Assembly (NCBI GenBank): GCA_965645245.1
Contig: OZ287082.1
Coordinates: forward strand, 434,001 to 498,000
Direction: 5' to 3'
Origin: Massalongia carnosa
Taxonomy: Eukaryota
Length of the DNA stretch: 64,000 nucleotides
Part shown: one piece after another, positions 12,567-27,088 of the stretch
Layout of the letters: each line of letters begins with the position of its first letter
How positions within the stretch are numbered: the stretch's first letter is position 1
Made by a program: the position numbers and the translations under genes
Notes under the pieces: model-generated
Told to the model about the DNA's origin: nothing
The model's input: only the letters and a program-made list of their open reading frames with translations
Databases searched by the model: none

Positions 12567-15002
12567 GGAGCATTTGACTTTGTTTCGATTAATCAATTGC
12601 TAAATGTCATGAAAAAGCTGCATTTATCTCGCATAGTTATTCAATGGGTCAAGCATTTTATGACAAAACGATCGATCAATTTGATATTCGATGAACACAA
12701 AAGCAAAACGTACTATATCGAATCTGGAATTCCACAAGGTTCACCAATTTCGCCAATTCTATTTCTGATTTATATTCGTTACTTATTTCCGAAAATACGA
12801 ATGAAATTCAATGCTCATTCACCTAGCTTTATAGACGATGTTGCAATATATGTCGAAAATAAAACTGCCACACAGAATTGCAAAGAAATCGAAATTATCG
12901 TCAAAATAGCTTTTGATTGGGCCGCAACGAATAATGTCAAATTTGATGACGACAAATCTGAGTTGATTCACTTCGAAAAGTCAAGAAATGCATCAAAAGA
13001 CAAAGTGCAATTACCAAACGGGACAATACTAGAACCGAAAAATTCTGTCAAATGGTTAGGAGTCTGGTTAGACCGAAAACTAAATTACAAAAAACACGTC
13101 GAAACGCGAATTGCTTCTGCAAATCGATCGTTTTTCGCAATTCACAATTTGATGAAGTCTGAATGGGGACTAAAGCCAACTGCATGCAGACAGCTCTATC
13201 TGTCATGTATTATTCCTATTTCGGACTATGGCTCAGAAATCTGGTATAACGGTCAAAAGAAATATGAAAAGCTATTTCAGAATCTGCAAAATCGAATGAT
13301 TCGAAAGATTTTAGGCACATTCAAAACCACGCCTGTTCAGGCGATGGAAATTGAATCGCATATTTTACCAGCCAAGCTACGATTGTTGATGAAAAGTCAA
13401 AAATACGCAATTCGATTATTGAAGATTGCCGAAAATAATCCTATTTGTCAAAGAATTCCCAGTACCTATTCTGTGAAATTCGAAAACATCGGTTTTGACA
13501 CTAGTTTATGGAACAACAGATATGCTGAATGGAACGAAGACGAGAAAAAATCGAGTAAACCTCATCCTAGTCAGCTTATCCGTATTCTTCATTCCGTTTC
13601 GGATATAGTTCACAAAACTGATGAATTCGAATCAGTAAATAATTTCATCAAACCATTGAAGCCATCTTGTAAAATCAAGTTCCAAATCGAAAGATCCAAA
13701 GAAACAGTAAAGTCAAGTTATTATTCGACTTTATCAAAAATCCAATCAATAAACGCCGATAAATCGCGAATGTTACTCTATACCGATGGATCAAAAACCG
13801 AGTTTTCAACTTCCGCTGTCACATTTGCACCAATTATGCGAAATTGGAACAATTTCACCGATAACTTCAATCGTTTTATCGAAAAAGATTGTCTCCTCAA
13901 ACATCATACGATTTCGAAAAGCTGGAAATTAAACAAACAGTCAAGCGTTAAAAACGCTGAACTGTATGCGATACTACAAGCAATAAAATGGGCATACAAA
14001 TTGACAATTGCGAATATTCTCTTCAATTTGGAAAAACCGATTTGGATTTTTTCCGATAGCATAAACGCGATAAACGAAATTCAGAACTTGACAAATCATA
14101 CTTACGCAAAACAAATTCGAAAATTCTCGAAATGCTTATTCGGAAACAATTATCAGGTGGTTCTACAATGGATTCCTAGTCATTCGAAAATCGTCGAAAA
14201 TGAAATTGCAGATAAAGCAGCAAAAGCGGGACATAGTCGAATCCTAGTCGAGTCTTCGATAATAACATTTGATTATGTAAAGGGTCAAATAAATCGAAAT
14301 ATGTTAGCCACATGGGAGAATCAATGGCAACAATGCAAATCAAAAGGCAAATACTATGAGAAATTCGAAATGCAGCCGGGCAAATCGAGTTTTTATTATC
14401 TGTCGAATAATTGTTCGAAATTAATATTTGCGACTATTATGCAAATGAAATTCGGACACGGTTATTTTCGATCATATCTGCACCGATTGAAAGATTATAA
14501 TTCGTCAAAATGCACAGGGCGCTGCAACGAACGTCAAACGCCAGAACACTTATTGATGAATTGCATACATTATTCAAATGAAATCCTAAACATGAAACAA
14601 AATATCGATACCACAATTACTTTAAAAATGTTGTTTAATACTAGGATCGGAAATAATATTTTGATTAAATTTATTGTTGATAACAAAATCGCGACTAGAA
14701 AATGGATGCTAGGTCAGCTCGATGACGAAAATATCGAAACGGGAGGTTGGGGAGAGATCGAACAGTAAAATTAGAAATGATTTATGCTGGAATATTTACG
14801 AGCTTTACAAAAACAAATTGTAAAATCGATATTTCGATTACTAAAGGTTGTTACTAACACGGAGTAAAAACGGGGCAATATTGACGATAGATAGTTGGGT
14901 TATAAAGGGTTGATTTATTTGTAAAATAAAACCATATCTTAAAATAGTTTAGTGTCATAACCTTAGGTTGAATACACTTAATGAATAAATAAAAATAAAA
15001 AA
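12567..15002 (+). mobile_element. 3' part of a related LINE subfamily (RT C-half, RNase H, tail); frame open to 14768
   Basis: 723-aa ORF paralogous to copy B ORF2; own 3'UTR and tail. Confidence 0.92.
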
Positions 15003-15282
15003 CGAAATTGTCGAAATTGGAGGTTGGGGAGAGATCGAGCAGTAAAATCAGAAATGATATATGCTGAATCATTTACGACCTTATAAAGACAAATTGTAAA
15101 ATCGATAACTTTTCGATTACTATAGGTTGTTTGTAACACGGAGTAAAAACGGGGAAAAATTGACGATACGTAGATGGGTTATAAAGGGTTGATTTATTTG
15201 TATTATAGAAACATATCCTAAAATAGTTTAGTGTCATAACCTTCGGTTGAATACACTTCATGAATAATTAAAAATAAAAAAA
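15003..15282 (+). mobile_element. LINE 3'-end fragment with tail
   Basis: GGWGEIEQ* end plus 3'UTR. Confidence 0.85.
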
Positions 15283-15464
15283 TAGCTCCATCTGGTGATT
15301 TTACTACCAATTTACCTACGCCGTCATTAAATTCGAATATTGGACTAAGCCTGCCAATCAAACGTAATAAAAGACGAACCTTTGACTAGTATTCGATTGA
15401 AAGTCAAGAAGTTATCAATCTAACGAAATTAATTCAACTACTAAATACGGCTAAAAACGCACTA
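15283..15464 (+). pseudogene. LINE ORF1 internal fragment
   Basis: Matches the APSGEFSTNLPMPSLN...AKNAL region; has a stop. Confidence 0.8.
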
Positions 15465-18169
15465 TTTTTTTTATTTATTCATTGAGTGTATTAAACCTAA
15501 TGTTATGACACTAAAATATTTTAGGATATGTTTCTATAATACAAATAAATCAACCCTTTATAACCCATCTATGTATCGTCAATTTTCACCCGTTTTTACT
15601 CCGTGTTAGTAACAACATATAGTAATCGATAAGTTCGTAAGTGTTTCAACATAAATCATTTCTGATTTTACTCTTCGATCTCTCCCCAGCCTCCCGTTTC
15701 AACAATTTCGTCATCAAGCTGACCTAGTATCCATTTTCTAGTCGCGATTTTGTTATTGACAATGAATTTAATCAAAATGTCATTTCCAATTTTTGTATTA
15801 AACAACATATTCAAGTTGATAGTAGTATCGACATTTTGTTTCATGTTTTGAATTTCATCGAAATAGTGAATGCAATTCAATAACAAGTGTTCATTTTTCG
15901 ATTACTATAGGTTGTTACTAACACGGAGTAGAAATGGGGAAAAATTGACGATACATAGATGGGTTATAAAGGGTTGATTTATTAGTAATATAGAAACATA
16001 TCTTAAAATAGTTTAGTGTCATAACCTTAGGTTGAATACACTTAATGAATAAATAAAAATAAAATAAAAATAACAAGTGTTCGTGCGTTTGTCGTTGATT
16101 GCATCTATTTGTGCGTTTTGACGAATTATAATCTTTCAATCGATGTAAATATGATCGAAAATAACCGTTTTTGAATTTTAATTGCATAATAGTTGCAAAT
16201 ATCATTTTGGAGCATTTGTTTGATAAATAATAAAAACTCTATACGCCAGGTTGCATTTCGAATTTCTCATAGTATTTGCCTTTCGATTTGCATTGTTGCC
16301 ATTGATTCGTCCATGTAGTTAGCATATTTTGATTTATTTGATCTTTTACATAGTCAAATGTTATCTCCGAGGACTCGATTAGGATTCGATTATGTCCTGT
16401 CTTTGCTGTTTTGTCTGCAATTTCGTTTTCGGTAATTTTCGAATGACTCGGAATCCATTGCAAAATCACCTGATAATTGCTTTCAAATAAGCGTTTTTCG
16501 AGCTTTCGAATTTGTGTTGCGAAAATATGATTTTTCAAGTTCTGAATTTCGTTTATCGCGTTTATGCTATCAGAAAAAATCCAAATCGTTTCTTCTAAGT
16601 TCGATAAAATATTAGTATTCGACAATTTATAGACCCATTTCATTGATTGTAAAATCGCATGCAGTTCAGCATTTTTAATGCTTGACTAGTTGCATAACTT
16701 CCAGCTTTTCGAAATCGTATGATACTTGATCAAACAATCTTTTTCGATAAATCGATCAAAATTATCAATAATATTATTCCAATTCCGCAGAATTGGTGCA
16801 AATGTGACTGCAGACGTTGCAAATTCGATTTTTGATCTATCCGTATAAAGTAAAACTCGGGATTTATCGGAGTTCATTGATTGAATTTTGGATAAGGTCG
16901 AATAATAACTTGATTTTGCAGATTCTTTTGTGTTTTCGATTTGAAATTCGATTTTGAATGACGATTTCCGAGGTTTAATTAAATGATTTAATTGTTCAAA
17001 TTCATCAGTTTTGTGAACTATGTCAGAAATGGAATGAAGAACGCGAATAAGCTGACTAGGGCGTCGTATATTTGTCTGTTTTTCATCTTCTTTCCATTCT
17101 GCATATTTGTTGTTCCATAAGCTAATGTCAAAACCGATGTTTTCATATTTTATTGAATATGTGTTTGGAATTATTTGACAAATGGGATTATTTTCGGCAA
17201 TCTTCAATAATCGAATTGCGTATTTTTGATTTTTCATTAATAACCGAAGTTTGACTGGTAAAACATGTGATTCAATTTCCATCGACTGAACAGGTGTGGT
17301 TTTGAAAGTTCCTAAAATTTTCCGAATCATTCGATTGTGCAAATTCTGACATAGTTTTTCATATTTCTTTCGACCATTATACTAAATTTCTGAACCGTAG
17401 TCCGAAATAGGAACAATGCATGACAAATAGAGCTGTCTGCATGCGGTCGGTTTCAGACCCCATTCGGATTTCATCAAATTCTGAATTGCAAAAAATGATC
17501 GATTCGCAGAAGAGATTCGCGTTTCGACGTGTTTTTTGAAATTTAGTTTTCGGTCTAGCCAGACGCCCAACCATTTGACTACATTTTTCGGTTCTAGTAT
17601 TGTCCCGTTTGGTAATTCCAATTTGTTTTTCGATACATTTCTTGTCTTTTCGAAGTGAATCAGCTCGGATTTATTGTCATCAAATTTGAAATTATTCGAT
17701 GCGGTCCAATCAAAAGCTGTTTTGACTATGATTTCGATTTCTTTGCAATTTTGTTTTGCAATTTTATTTTCGATATATATTGCAAAATCGTCAATAAAAC
17801 GGGGAGAATGTGCATTAAATTTCATTCGTTCGGAAACAAGTGACGAATGTAAATCAGAAATAGAATAGGCGAAATTGGTGAACCTTGTGGATTTCCTGAT
17901 TCGACATAATTTGTTTTGCTTTTGTTCTCATCGAATATCAAATTGATCGATCGTTTTGTCATGAAATGCTTGACCCATTGAATTATTATGCGAGATAATT
18001 TCAGATTTTTCATGACATTTAGCAGTTGATTAATCGAGACAAAGTTAAATGCGCCTTTGACATCGAGTAATAAACAGGATAAATCGTTTTTATTTCGATT
18101 CGCAATTTCGATATCATGAACGAGGTTTATTACTGCGTCAATTGCAGAATGATTTTTGCGTCCGCCCAT
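15465..18169 (-). mobile_element. degenerate LINE ORF2 3' half with tail
   Basis: Fragmented RT/RNase H ORFs from 18169 to 15668; tail at 15465. Confidence 0.9.
15893..16068 (+). mobile_element. tail-only LINE insertion into the minus-strand LINE
   Basis: TSD aataacaagtgttc at 15879-15892 and 16069-16082. Confidence 0.9.
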
Positions 18170-18626
18170 TTTTTTATTTATTTATTTATTCATTAAGTGT
18201 ATTCAACCTAAGGTTATGACACTAAAATATTTTAGGATATGTTTCTATAATACAAATAAATCAACCATTTATAATCCATCTATGTATCGTCAATTTTCCC
18301 CCGTTTTCACTCTGTGTTAGTAACAACCTATAGTAATCGAGAAATTAGCGATTTTACAATCTGTCTTAGTAAGTTCGTAAGTGTTTCAACAGAAATCATT
18401 TCTGATTTTACTGTTCGATCTCTCCCCAGCCTCCCGTTTCAACACTTTCGTCATCAAGCTGACCTAGTATCCATTTTCCAGTCGCGATTTTGTTATTGAC
18501 AATGAATTTAATCAAAATGTCATTTCCAATTTTTGTATTGAACAATATATTCAAGTCGATATTAGTATCGACATTTTGTTTCATGTTTTGAATTTGATCG
18601 AAATAGTGAATGCAATTCAATAATAT
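18170..18626 (-). mobile_element. LINE 3'-end fragment
   Basis: LLNCIHY...GGWGEIEQ* plus 3'UTR and tail. Confidence 0.88.
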
Positions 18627-18650
18627 CGATTTATTTATTAACGAATAACA

Positions 18651-21297
18651 ACACACCTATCGAAACACAAGTACCGCCGCTTTTGATACTCTATAACTTT
18701 AACAGTCAATTGAGCCTCTATTTCTCAGTCATTTTAGCTCCTCCAGAGCAAAAACGCTCTCAGATTGAGTGCAGGAGAGCTCCAGCAAAGCTCCAGCTGA
18801 GATTTTCTGCTGGTCGCGCGCGACCGACGTTATAAAGCGCGTTCTAGAAGTTGGAAAAAAACAACAAATACAAATAGCACCACCAAAAATTGCTCTTTTT
18901 CCTTGTTTTCTTCTGTTCTGTTGTCGCAAGACCTTCAATTACTAATGTAAGAATTATCTACAAAAAATATCTACTCTCGCGAAGTCAAAGTCTTCTAAAG
19001 TTCATTCCTAATTTAAGGTTACGGGAACTTCCGCAAGCACAATTTTCACAGTATATTTCACTTATAATTTTTGCACATTCTATTTTTGGCTTTATAGATC
19101 TTCGTTGAACGGCCGGTCAACAGATCACAGAAAAGAAGGGGAAAAACGTCTGGAATAGGATTATACCAAAGGTCCTGTTTCAGATTAATCAGAATAGGAA
19201 GTCTCGTATTATATTACATTGCATTAAATCTATTGTTATTGAAAAAAGCAAAAAAAAAATATTATTATTTTCACCTATTGTAGTGTCTGGTAAAGGGTTA
19301 AATCAGAGTTACTGCCTTAGCGAGGAACGGTCTATTTTAACCCGATTAGGATATATTTGACGCGTTATAGTCAAATAAATAGGGATAGGAAAGAAAGAGT
19401 CATTTGAGCAGTAAACAGGTGTAAATTCTATTCTGACTAGTACGTCCGGGGAACGTCAGAATAAATTATTTGGTGGCGATAAAATGGATATTGCAAATGA
19501 AATAAAAAAAAAAACACTATGCTCAATCGAAGGTTTAACCCGATAGGTCATAGACCAAATCGATTGATACCAACAACTCCACCCCCAGGCCCCCCTCCGA
19601 AACATCTATGGGTCCCCCCGACTACGCCTCCGGGGCCCCCCCGAACAGATTCCCCCGCGTCATCTTCGGTAGCGATAATTGTGAGCACCCCCCTAATCGT
19701 AGAGTCCACGGAGGCCATGGACCAAACGCGGGAATTTTCGTCTGCACCGTCCACACCCACCCCAAAAGCGAAATCTTTTGTCGCGCCTTCTGGTGAATTC
19801 AGCACTAATCTGCCCATGCCATCATTTAGTTCTGATAAACGACTGAGTCAACCAATTAAACGCAACAAAAGACGAACATTTGCCGAACATTCGATTTAAA
19901 GTCAAGAAGTCAACAATAGAACAAAATCGATTCAACTATTGAATACGGCAAAAAATGCATTATTGGAGTCATTCGTACTAGATCAAAACCCCGAAACGGA
20001 TATTGTCATTGATCACGTCAATTCTCTACTTGCAAAGAAATCGATTAAGCCTAAAGCAACGTTAGATATGATTGATTGGAAATTGAATAGGGTGCTAGAA
20101 CAAACTAGCCAAATTCCAGAATCGAAGAGATAATCGGTGCGACCTATACAAACAAATTCGAATTGAAATTCAAATGGAAATTCGAATTTGACTAAAAACG
20201 TTAACCCAGCAATTCGGAACGAAACCACCGGGCTCCTGGGGCCGCAGGTCAATGACACAGCTAGAACATGGAGCCAAATGCTCGGAAAAGCGACTGTCAA
20301 TTCCGAAAATTGGACTACTGTTCCTCGATCAAAAAAAACAAACAATAACAATAACAACAATTCGAATGCGAACAAGTTCGATAATACTGACGATTTCAAG
20401 GCGATCAAATTTCGACGATTGATAATATACCGAAAGCTCAAATCGGCGATATCGATTCACTATTGCTTCGAAACCAAATAAATTCGCTTTTTAAAGACGC
20501 GAAATTGACTATCGTTGTTAACACGGTCGAAAAGTCCAAAACGGGTCAAAATATAATTCTGACTACTAGTCCTGAAAACACTGCTGAAGATTTATTGAAC
20601 AATAAATCAATATGGGAGCATTTATTCGACCCAAGAATAGTTCGAAAGGACGAATCGTGGTTTAAAGTCGTCGCACACGGTGTAAATATTGCAATATTTG
20701 ATGAAAACATGTAATATTTGCAAGACGAAATTCAAAAGTTCAATTCAAACATGCAATTATGCGATGTTTCCAGATGGCTAGCACGTGATCGTCATAACAA
20801 GATCAAATCTTCCGTCGTTTTGACATTCAATGATCGAAATATGTCCTTAAACGCGTTAAAAGGAGTCAATATCGCGGGCCGACATTGTGACACGGAAATA
20901 TTTACCTCCGTTCGTCCAAACACACAAAGCATTAATTGTCAAAAATATGGACACAAGCATTATCAATGCAAAAGTCAAGCGAAATGCAGCTTATGTGCGC
21001 AAAATCATGAAGCCCGCAATAATGAGTGCACAACATGCAAATCGAAAATTGAGTGTGCACAGGTTGTCGTCAAATGCACGTATTGCAACAAGAATCATCA
21101 ATCCAATGATGAAAATTGTGAAATGGTTATATCGTTAAATGTTCGAAAATCGACTGACGAACTAGCCGCTTTGTAATGGCAGGACAACATTCGTTGACAA
21201 ACATCGAAAATACACAAAATGTTAAATTTATTCAACATAATTGTGCAAAGTTAACGAATGCAATAATTTCGTGTTTGGAATATGCCTTATCAAATTA
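18651..21297 (+). mobile_element. LINE copy C (B subfamily): 5'UTR, ORF1 pseudogene 19519-21176, start of ORF2
   Basis: Close to copy B, with several stops and a frameshift. Confidence 0.9.
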
Positions 21298-21346
21298 AAT
21301 TGTGCAACACGTTAATTAATAAACATCCGTATTATCTTCGGGAAAC

Positions 21347-24300
21347 TAGAAAGACCACCTATCGAAACACAAGTACCGCAACTTTTGATACTCTAAAACT
21401 TTCACAGTCAATTGAACACCTCTTTCTCAGTCATTTGAGCTCCTCCAGAGCAAAAACGGACTCAGATTGAGTGTAGGAGAGCTCTAGCTAAGCCCCAGCA
21501 GAGATTTTCTGCTGGTCGCACGCGACAGACGTGATAAAGCGCGCTCAAGAAGTTATAAAAAACCACAAATACCAACAATATCACCAAAAATTGCTCTTTT
21601 TTCTCACTTTCTTCTGTTCTGTTGTCGCATTACCCTCAATTATTACTACCAGAATTATCTACAAAAAATATCTACTGTCGCGGTACTGTACAACAACTAT
21701 CGAGACGACCAACTTTTTTGAAGTTCATTTCTCATTTAAGGTTACGGGAACTTCCGCAAGCACAAATTTTCACAGTATATTTCACGTATAATTTCTGCAT
21801 ATACCATTTTAGGCTTTATCGATCCCCATTGAATGGCCGGTCAATAGATCACTGAAAAGAAGGGGAAAAACGTCTGGAATAGGATTATACCAAAGATCCT
21901 ATTTCAGATTAATCAGAATAGGAAGTCTCTTATTATCATACCTTGCCTTAGATCTATTTTTATCGCAAAAAAGTAAGAAAAAACTTTCATTATTTTCAAC
22001 TATTGTAGTGTCTGGTAAAGGGTTAAATAAGATTTACTGCCTAAGCGAGGAACGGTCTATTTTAACCCGATTAGGATTTATTTGACGAGTTATTGTCATA
22101 TAAATAGGGATAGGAAAGCAAGAGTCGTTAGACCTGTAAATTGGTGTAAATTTCTATTCTGATTAGTACGTCCGGGGAACATCAGAATAAATTATTTGGT
22201 GGTGATAAAAGGGATATTGAAAAGGCATATCGATATATTAATCAAATCATGTTCAATCCGGTACTCCCTAGGACTCGACGAATTATATCGTGAGCCTCCC
22301 CGGGAACACCCCTGAGCACTCCTCAAAACCCTCCCCAAATGGAATCTCCGGGGCTCTCGTCAGTAGGACTTATAGAAAAATCGCCTGTACTTGACGAGCC
22401 TATGTATCAATCACATGAATATTCGTCCGCCCCGACTACGCCGACCCCAAAAGCAACCAAATTCCCATCTGGACAATTTACTACCAATCTACCCATGCCA
22501 TCGTTAAATTCTAATATAGAATTAAGCCCGCCCATCAAACGTAACAAACGAAAAACATTCGACGAACGAGTAGAGGAAAGCCAAGAAGCAATCAATCGAG
22601 CACAATCGATTGGATTACTCAAAACGGCTAAAACCGCGTTATTGAAGTCATTTGTCTTAGATCAAAATCCAGAAACAGCAATAGTCATTGATAATGTCAA
22701 TTCCTTATTGACAAAAAAATCAATTAATATCAAAACAATACTAGACATGATAAATTAGAAATTGGACAAGGTAATTGATCAGACTAATAATCGAACCTCA
22801 GAAACAACGCGAAAATCGACTCGGGTTCAACAAGTCAATATGACTGAAAATCCAAATAAAGTCGTCAACACGAACGCACGAAAGGAAACCGCCGGGGTTA
22901 CGAGCACGATGGTCAATAACACGCCTACATCATGGAGTCAAATGCTTGGAAAAGCAACTGCGTATTCCGAAAATTGGACAACTGTTTCCAGATCGAAAAA
23001 TTCGAGTCAAACCTCGAACAAACTCGACAAAACCGACGAATTAAATGCAATCAAACTCAGACGACTGATAATTACACCAAAAATTCAAATCGGCGATATC
23101 GACTCATTGAAACTTCGAGATCAAATCAACGCGCAATTCAGCAACGCGAAGTTAGATATCGTAATCAACACGGTCGAAAAATCGAAAACCGGTCAGAATA
23201 TCGTTCTCACTACTAGTTCGAAAAACACTGCTGCAGAATTGTTGGAAAACAAATCTATATGGAAACATATGTTCGATGCACAAAGAATTCGAAAAGACGA
23301 ATCCTGGTTTGAAGTGATCGCACATGGAGTAAATATTGCAACGTTTGATCAAAATATGCAATATTTGCAAAATGAAATCCAGAAATTCAACCTTAACATG
23401 GAATTATGCGATTTACCCAGATGGCTAGCGCGAGACCGCGAAAATAAAGTCAATTCTTCGGTCGTTTTGACTTTTAACGATCGAAATCAGGCCTTAAACG
23501 CGTTAAAAGGCGTAAATATCGCGGGAAAACACTGTGACACGGAAATATTTACTTCCGTTCGTCCGAATACACAATGTATTAATTGTCAAAAATTCGGACA
23601 TAAGCATTATCAGTGTCGAAACAAATCAAAATGCAATATTTGTGCACAAAATCATGAAACACGAAATCATAAATGCATAACATGCAAATCGAAAACTGCG
23701 TGTGCACACGTAGTTGTGAAATGTGCAAACTGCAATAAAAATCATCAATCAAATGATGAACATTGTGAAATGTTTACTGCATTAAATCCACGAAAATCGG
23801 CTGACGAATTATCCGCCTTATAATGGCAGGACAGCATTCGTTGGCAAATATAGAAAATACTCACAATGTCAAATTTATTCAACACAACTGTGGAAGGTCA
23901 ACGAATGCAATGATTTCGTGTTTGGAATATGCTTTATCAAATCAAATTGATATTGTTTTGTTTCAGGAACCATGGACACGAGATCAAAAAACAATATCAC
24001 ATCCGTCATTTACATGCATTATGCCGAAAATAGCAACTTATCGCTCGAGAGTAGCTATATTTGTCACAAAATGCAATCCCAAACTGCAATGCACGCCTAG
24101 AACGGATCTTATTGACGATTCCGATTTGCAAATTATTGAAATTACAATTGATGAAGTTCGAAAAGTGCAGATTTTCAATATTTATAACGAAAAAAGTCAA
24201 AATAATCGAGAAACATACACGATCGATCGACTTTTAATCAAATATCAACCTACATCAACTAATCAATTCATCATATGTGGAGATTTCAATGCACATCATA

Positions 24301-24677
24301 ACTGGTGGAATTAGGAAAATCAACACGCAGTTCGATCAGAAAATTTAGTCAAATGGTTGAAAATAAACAAATGTAGTTTGATAAACACACCTGATTTATG
24401 CACATTCTACGCCCATTCTGGAAGTTCATCATCTGTTATTGATTTAACATTTGCAAATTCCAAAATCGAAAATGCAATTACAAACTGGGCAATCGATGAA
24501 AACGCAGTCACAGGTTCAGATCATGAAGTCATCCGATTTAAACTAATCGCATCTTTCAATAATTTGACGTCACATGCAACCGCATTATCGAATAAGTACA
24601 ATTGCAATAAAGCCGATTGGAATAAATTCGCGAAGTTTCTAGACGAAAATTCAATCAACTACGAATCAAAAGTTCAT
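21347..24677 (+). mobile_element. LINE copy D (third subfamily): 5'UTR, ORF1 pseudogene ~22249-23823, APE part of ORF2, 3'-truncated
   Basis: ORF1/ORF2 homology, TAATG junction at 23821. Confidence 0.9.
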
Positions 24678-25070
24678 GATTCAAGCGCTCAAACTTTCTA
24701 AGAGATGGAGTATATTACTAGCGTTCACAATCGACGGTTTCATAGCTTGGGAGGTGAATCATGGCTCTATATTATCAGATATTCTGAATAAATTCGTCAG
24801 GCTCAAGGTTTTACCATACTGCGCTGGAGGTAATGGTCCTCGTTCGGTTTTGATTATGGATAATGCCTCTATACATTGGAATGAGGAATTGAGGATCATG
24901 TGTCAGGATGCATATGTTTTGCTGGTTCATTTTTCTCCGTAATTACCCGATTTTAATTCAATAGAGACTTCATTCTCTATTCTTAAGGCCTGGATTAAAC
25001 GTCACAGTAGTTTAATTGATTCATATATAGAGGAATCTGGTGGATTTGGGAGATTTTTAGAAGATGCACT
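24678..25070 (+). pseudogene. Tc1/mariner (IS630-like DDE) transposase remnant
   Basis: RWSIL..FTIDG, PRSVLIMDNASIH, degenerate SPDFNPIE-like (P*LPDFNSIETSFSILKAWIKRH). Confidence 0.8.
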
Positions 25071-25483
25071 TGTTAGATGGTGTCAGGGTCCTGGCCTGAC
25101 CCGACATGCTCTGGTGGTCAAGGGACAGCGTGACTCGCCTAATCAGTAGCGCGCGTCGCTTGACTGGCTAGCGCACCCACGGTAGATTATGTTTAGGAGT
25201 TCAGCGATGATTATTCTTTTCTTTCCTTCCTTGTAGTTAAATTCTAGTTCATAGCTACTGAATAATATCAGGGCAAGCTGCCTGACATAATTTAACTACC
25301 TTTAATGCTTATTAGTACTCTTCCAGTCTTCTAGAACTTTCAGTACATTTAGAAAGGGACAACGACCTGCTCCTTTAGCTTTCCAGAACGACCACTCGTG
25401 AGAATCCGAGCTGGTCCTCACTCCAGAACCTTTAGATCTTCCAGAATCGAAAGACAGAGCTCTTTCACCTCCAGAACACAGTC

Positions 25484-27088
25484 ATGAGTTCGAAAACTCC
25501 CCTGACTGCTCGAAAGGCCGGCGCTCCTCGCGAAGACGCTCAAGCAGGCCCTGCTTTTAACACTCGCGCCCGTTCCATGTCCCGTCATTCGGCTCGCTCT
25601 GATAGTATGCCAGGGACGTTCGAAGACTCCGAGCTTACACCCGGTGAGCAGATGGGAGACGAGACAGAATGCACACCAGAAAAGACCCCGAAGGCTGGGT
25701 CAGGAAATGAGAAGGAAGGGGCTCGCGAGATTGACATCTCGGAACATCCATACTACGAACGAGAAACTCGGAAACATCCCGCACGATACAAAATTCGCAA
25801 CCTAGAAGACTTCCGAAATGCCGTCCTAGACGAGAACGAAGGTCCTTGTTGGTATGAGTTTTTGTCCAGAGCAATTCCTTATGACAAAACACTGTACGAA
25901 AAAAGCTTCGGGCTTCATGAGAAGCTTATCAAGACCAAGAAGCATTTAGAACAATATAAGCAGATTAATGACCGTTTCGCTGACGAAAAGGATGAAGACG
26001 AACGCCAAATCCTTCTTGCTCAAGAAGAGCTTTCGCATAAAGAAATTGAGTTGGAAGAAGCCCTCCAGGCCCAACAGGACTTACAGAAAGAGAAGGAGAA
26101 ACTTGAGCGACGGCTAGCAGCTCCCGACTCCTCTCGTGGCCAACGGGAGGACACTGCTACAACCCAGAGCACCACTATAAATCCCCAGAACTGGCGTCCA
26201 CGTGCCATTCACCCCAGCAAGCCTCTGAAAGGCGAAGACGCTGAGGAATATAGTCCTTGGCAATACTCACTCCGAAACTAGCTTAAGACCGATTCTCCGC
26301 TTTACGCCAACGAGGGCGAAAAGGTCAGTTATGCTCTATCGCAAATGGAAGCGCCTATCTTTGGGGCTATGCACTCCTGGGTCGTCGACATGGGCGACTC
26401 TCTCACCATTGACGCTCTGTTCGACGAGATCGAACATTATATGGGCATACATCTCCAGAGTCGAGATGCCAAGAAAGAACTCATCACCATCACAATGAAA
26501 AGTGGTGAAAGTGTAAGCGAGTACTATCATCGAATTTTTAAGCTTTGGCAAAAGGCCAAAACCCCCATCGACGAGAGGATAGAGAATTTTCTTGTAACAT
26601 TGAAGCCAAGCATCTCTAATTCACTAATGGGTTCAGTTTTCACCGACTTTCGTCCCTTGCTCGACGAAGCTAGGAGAATCGAAGATCGACGCAAGGATCT
26701 CGCTCACTACTTTCCTCGGCCAGAGAAGTCTGGTCCGTCAAAGAACTCTGGTCGCGAAGGTAAGTCCTCGAGTGGACAAACCTCCATTTCCGATTCTTGT
26801 CAATCGAGTGCAAAAGAGAAGAAGTCGGGTGATCATCCAAACTCCAAGTTCAGCGCCACGATAGTCAAACCCGCTGGTTGGATAGGGGTTTGGTACGATC
26901 CTGACCCCAACCCCAAAAAGTTGGAGAAGGAAGAGCGAGAGACATTGTCGCGTCAGGGACGCTGTTGGGCATGTCGGGGGTCAGGTCATCGAGGAAACGA
27001 CTCGATCTGCCCTCAATTTAAAGAAAAAAAGCTTAACACTACAAGAATTGTTGAGATAGACTCTTACTCCGAGTCGGGAAAAGCTTAG
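25484..27088 (+). pseudogene. gypsy 1 gag with in-frame TAG at 26279
   Basis: ORFs 25484..26281 and 26345..27088 share a frame; knuckle CWACRGSGHRGNDSIC. Confidence 0.85.

Noticed and set aside
26279..26281. Programmed stop read-through in gypsy gag (also 42242)
   Set aside because: The stops fall inside the capsid region at different positions in the two elements; point mutation is simpler.
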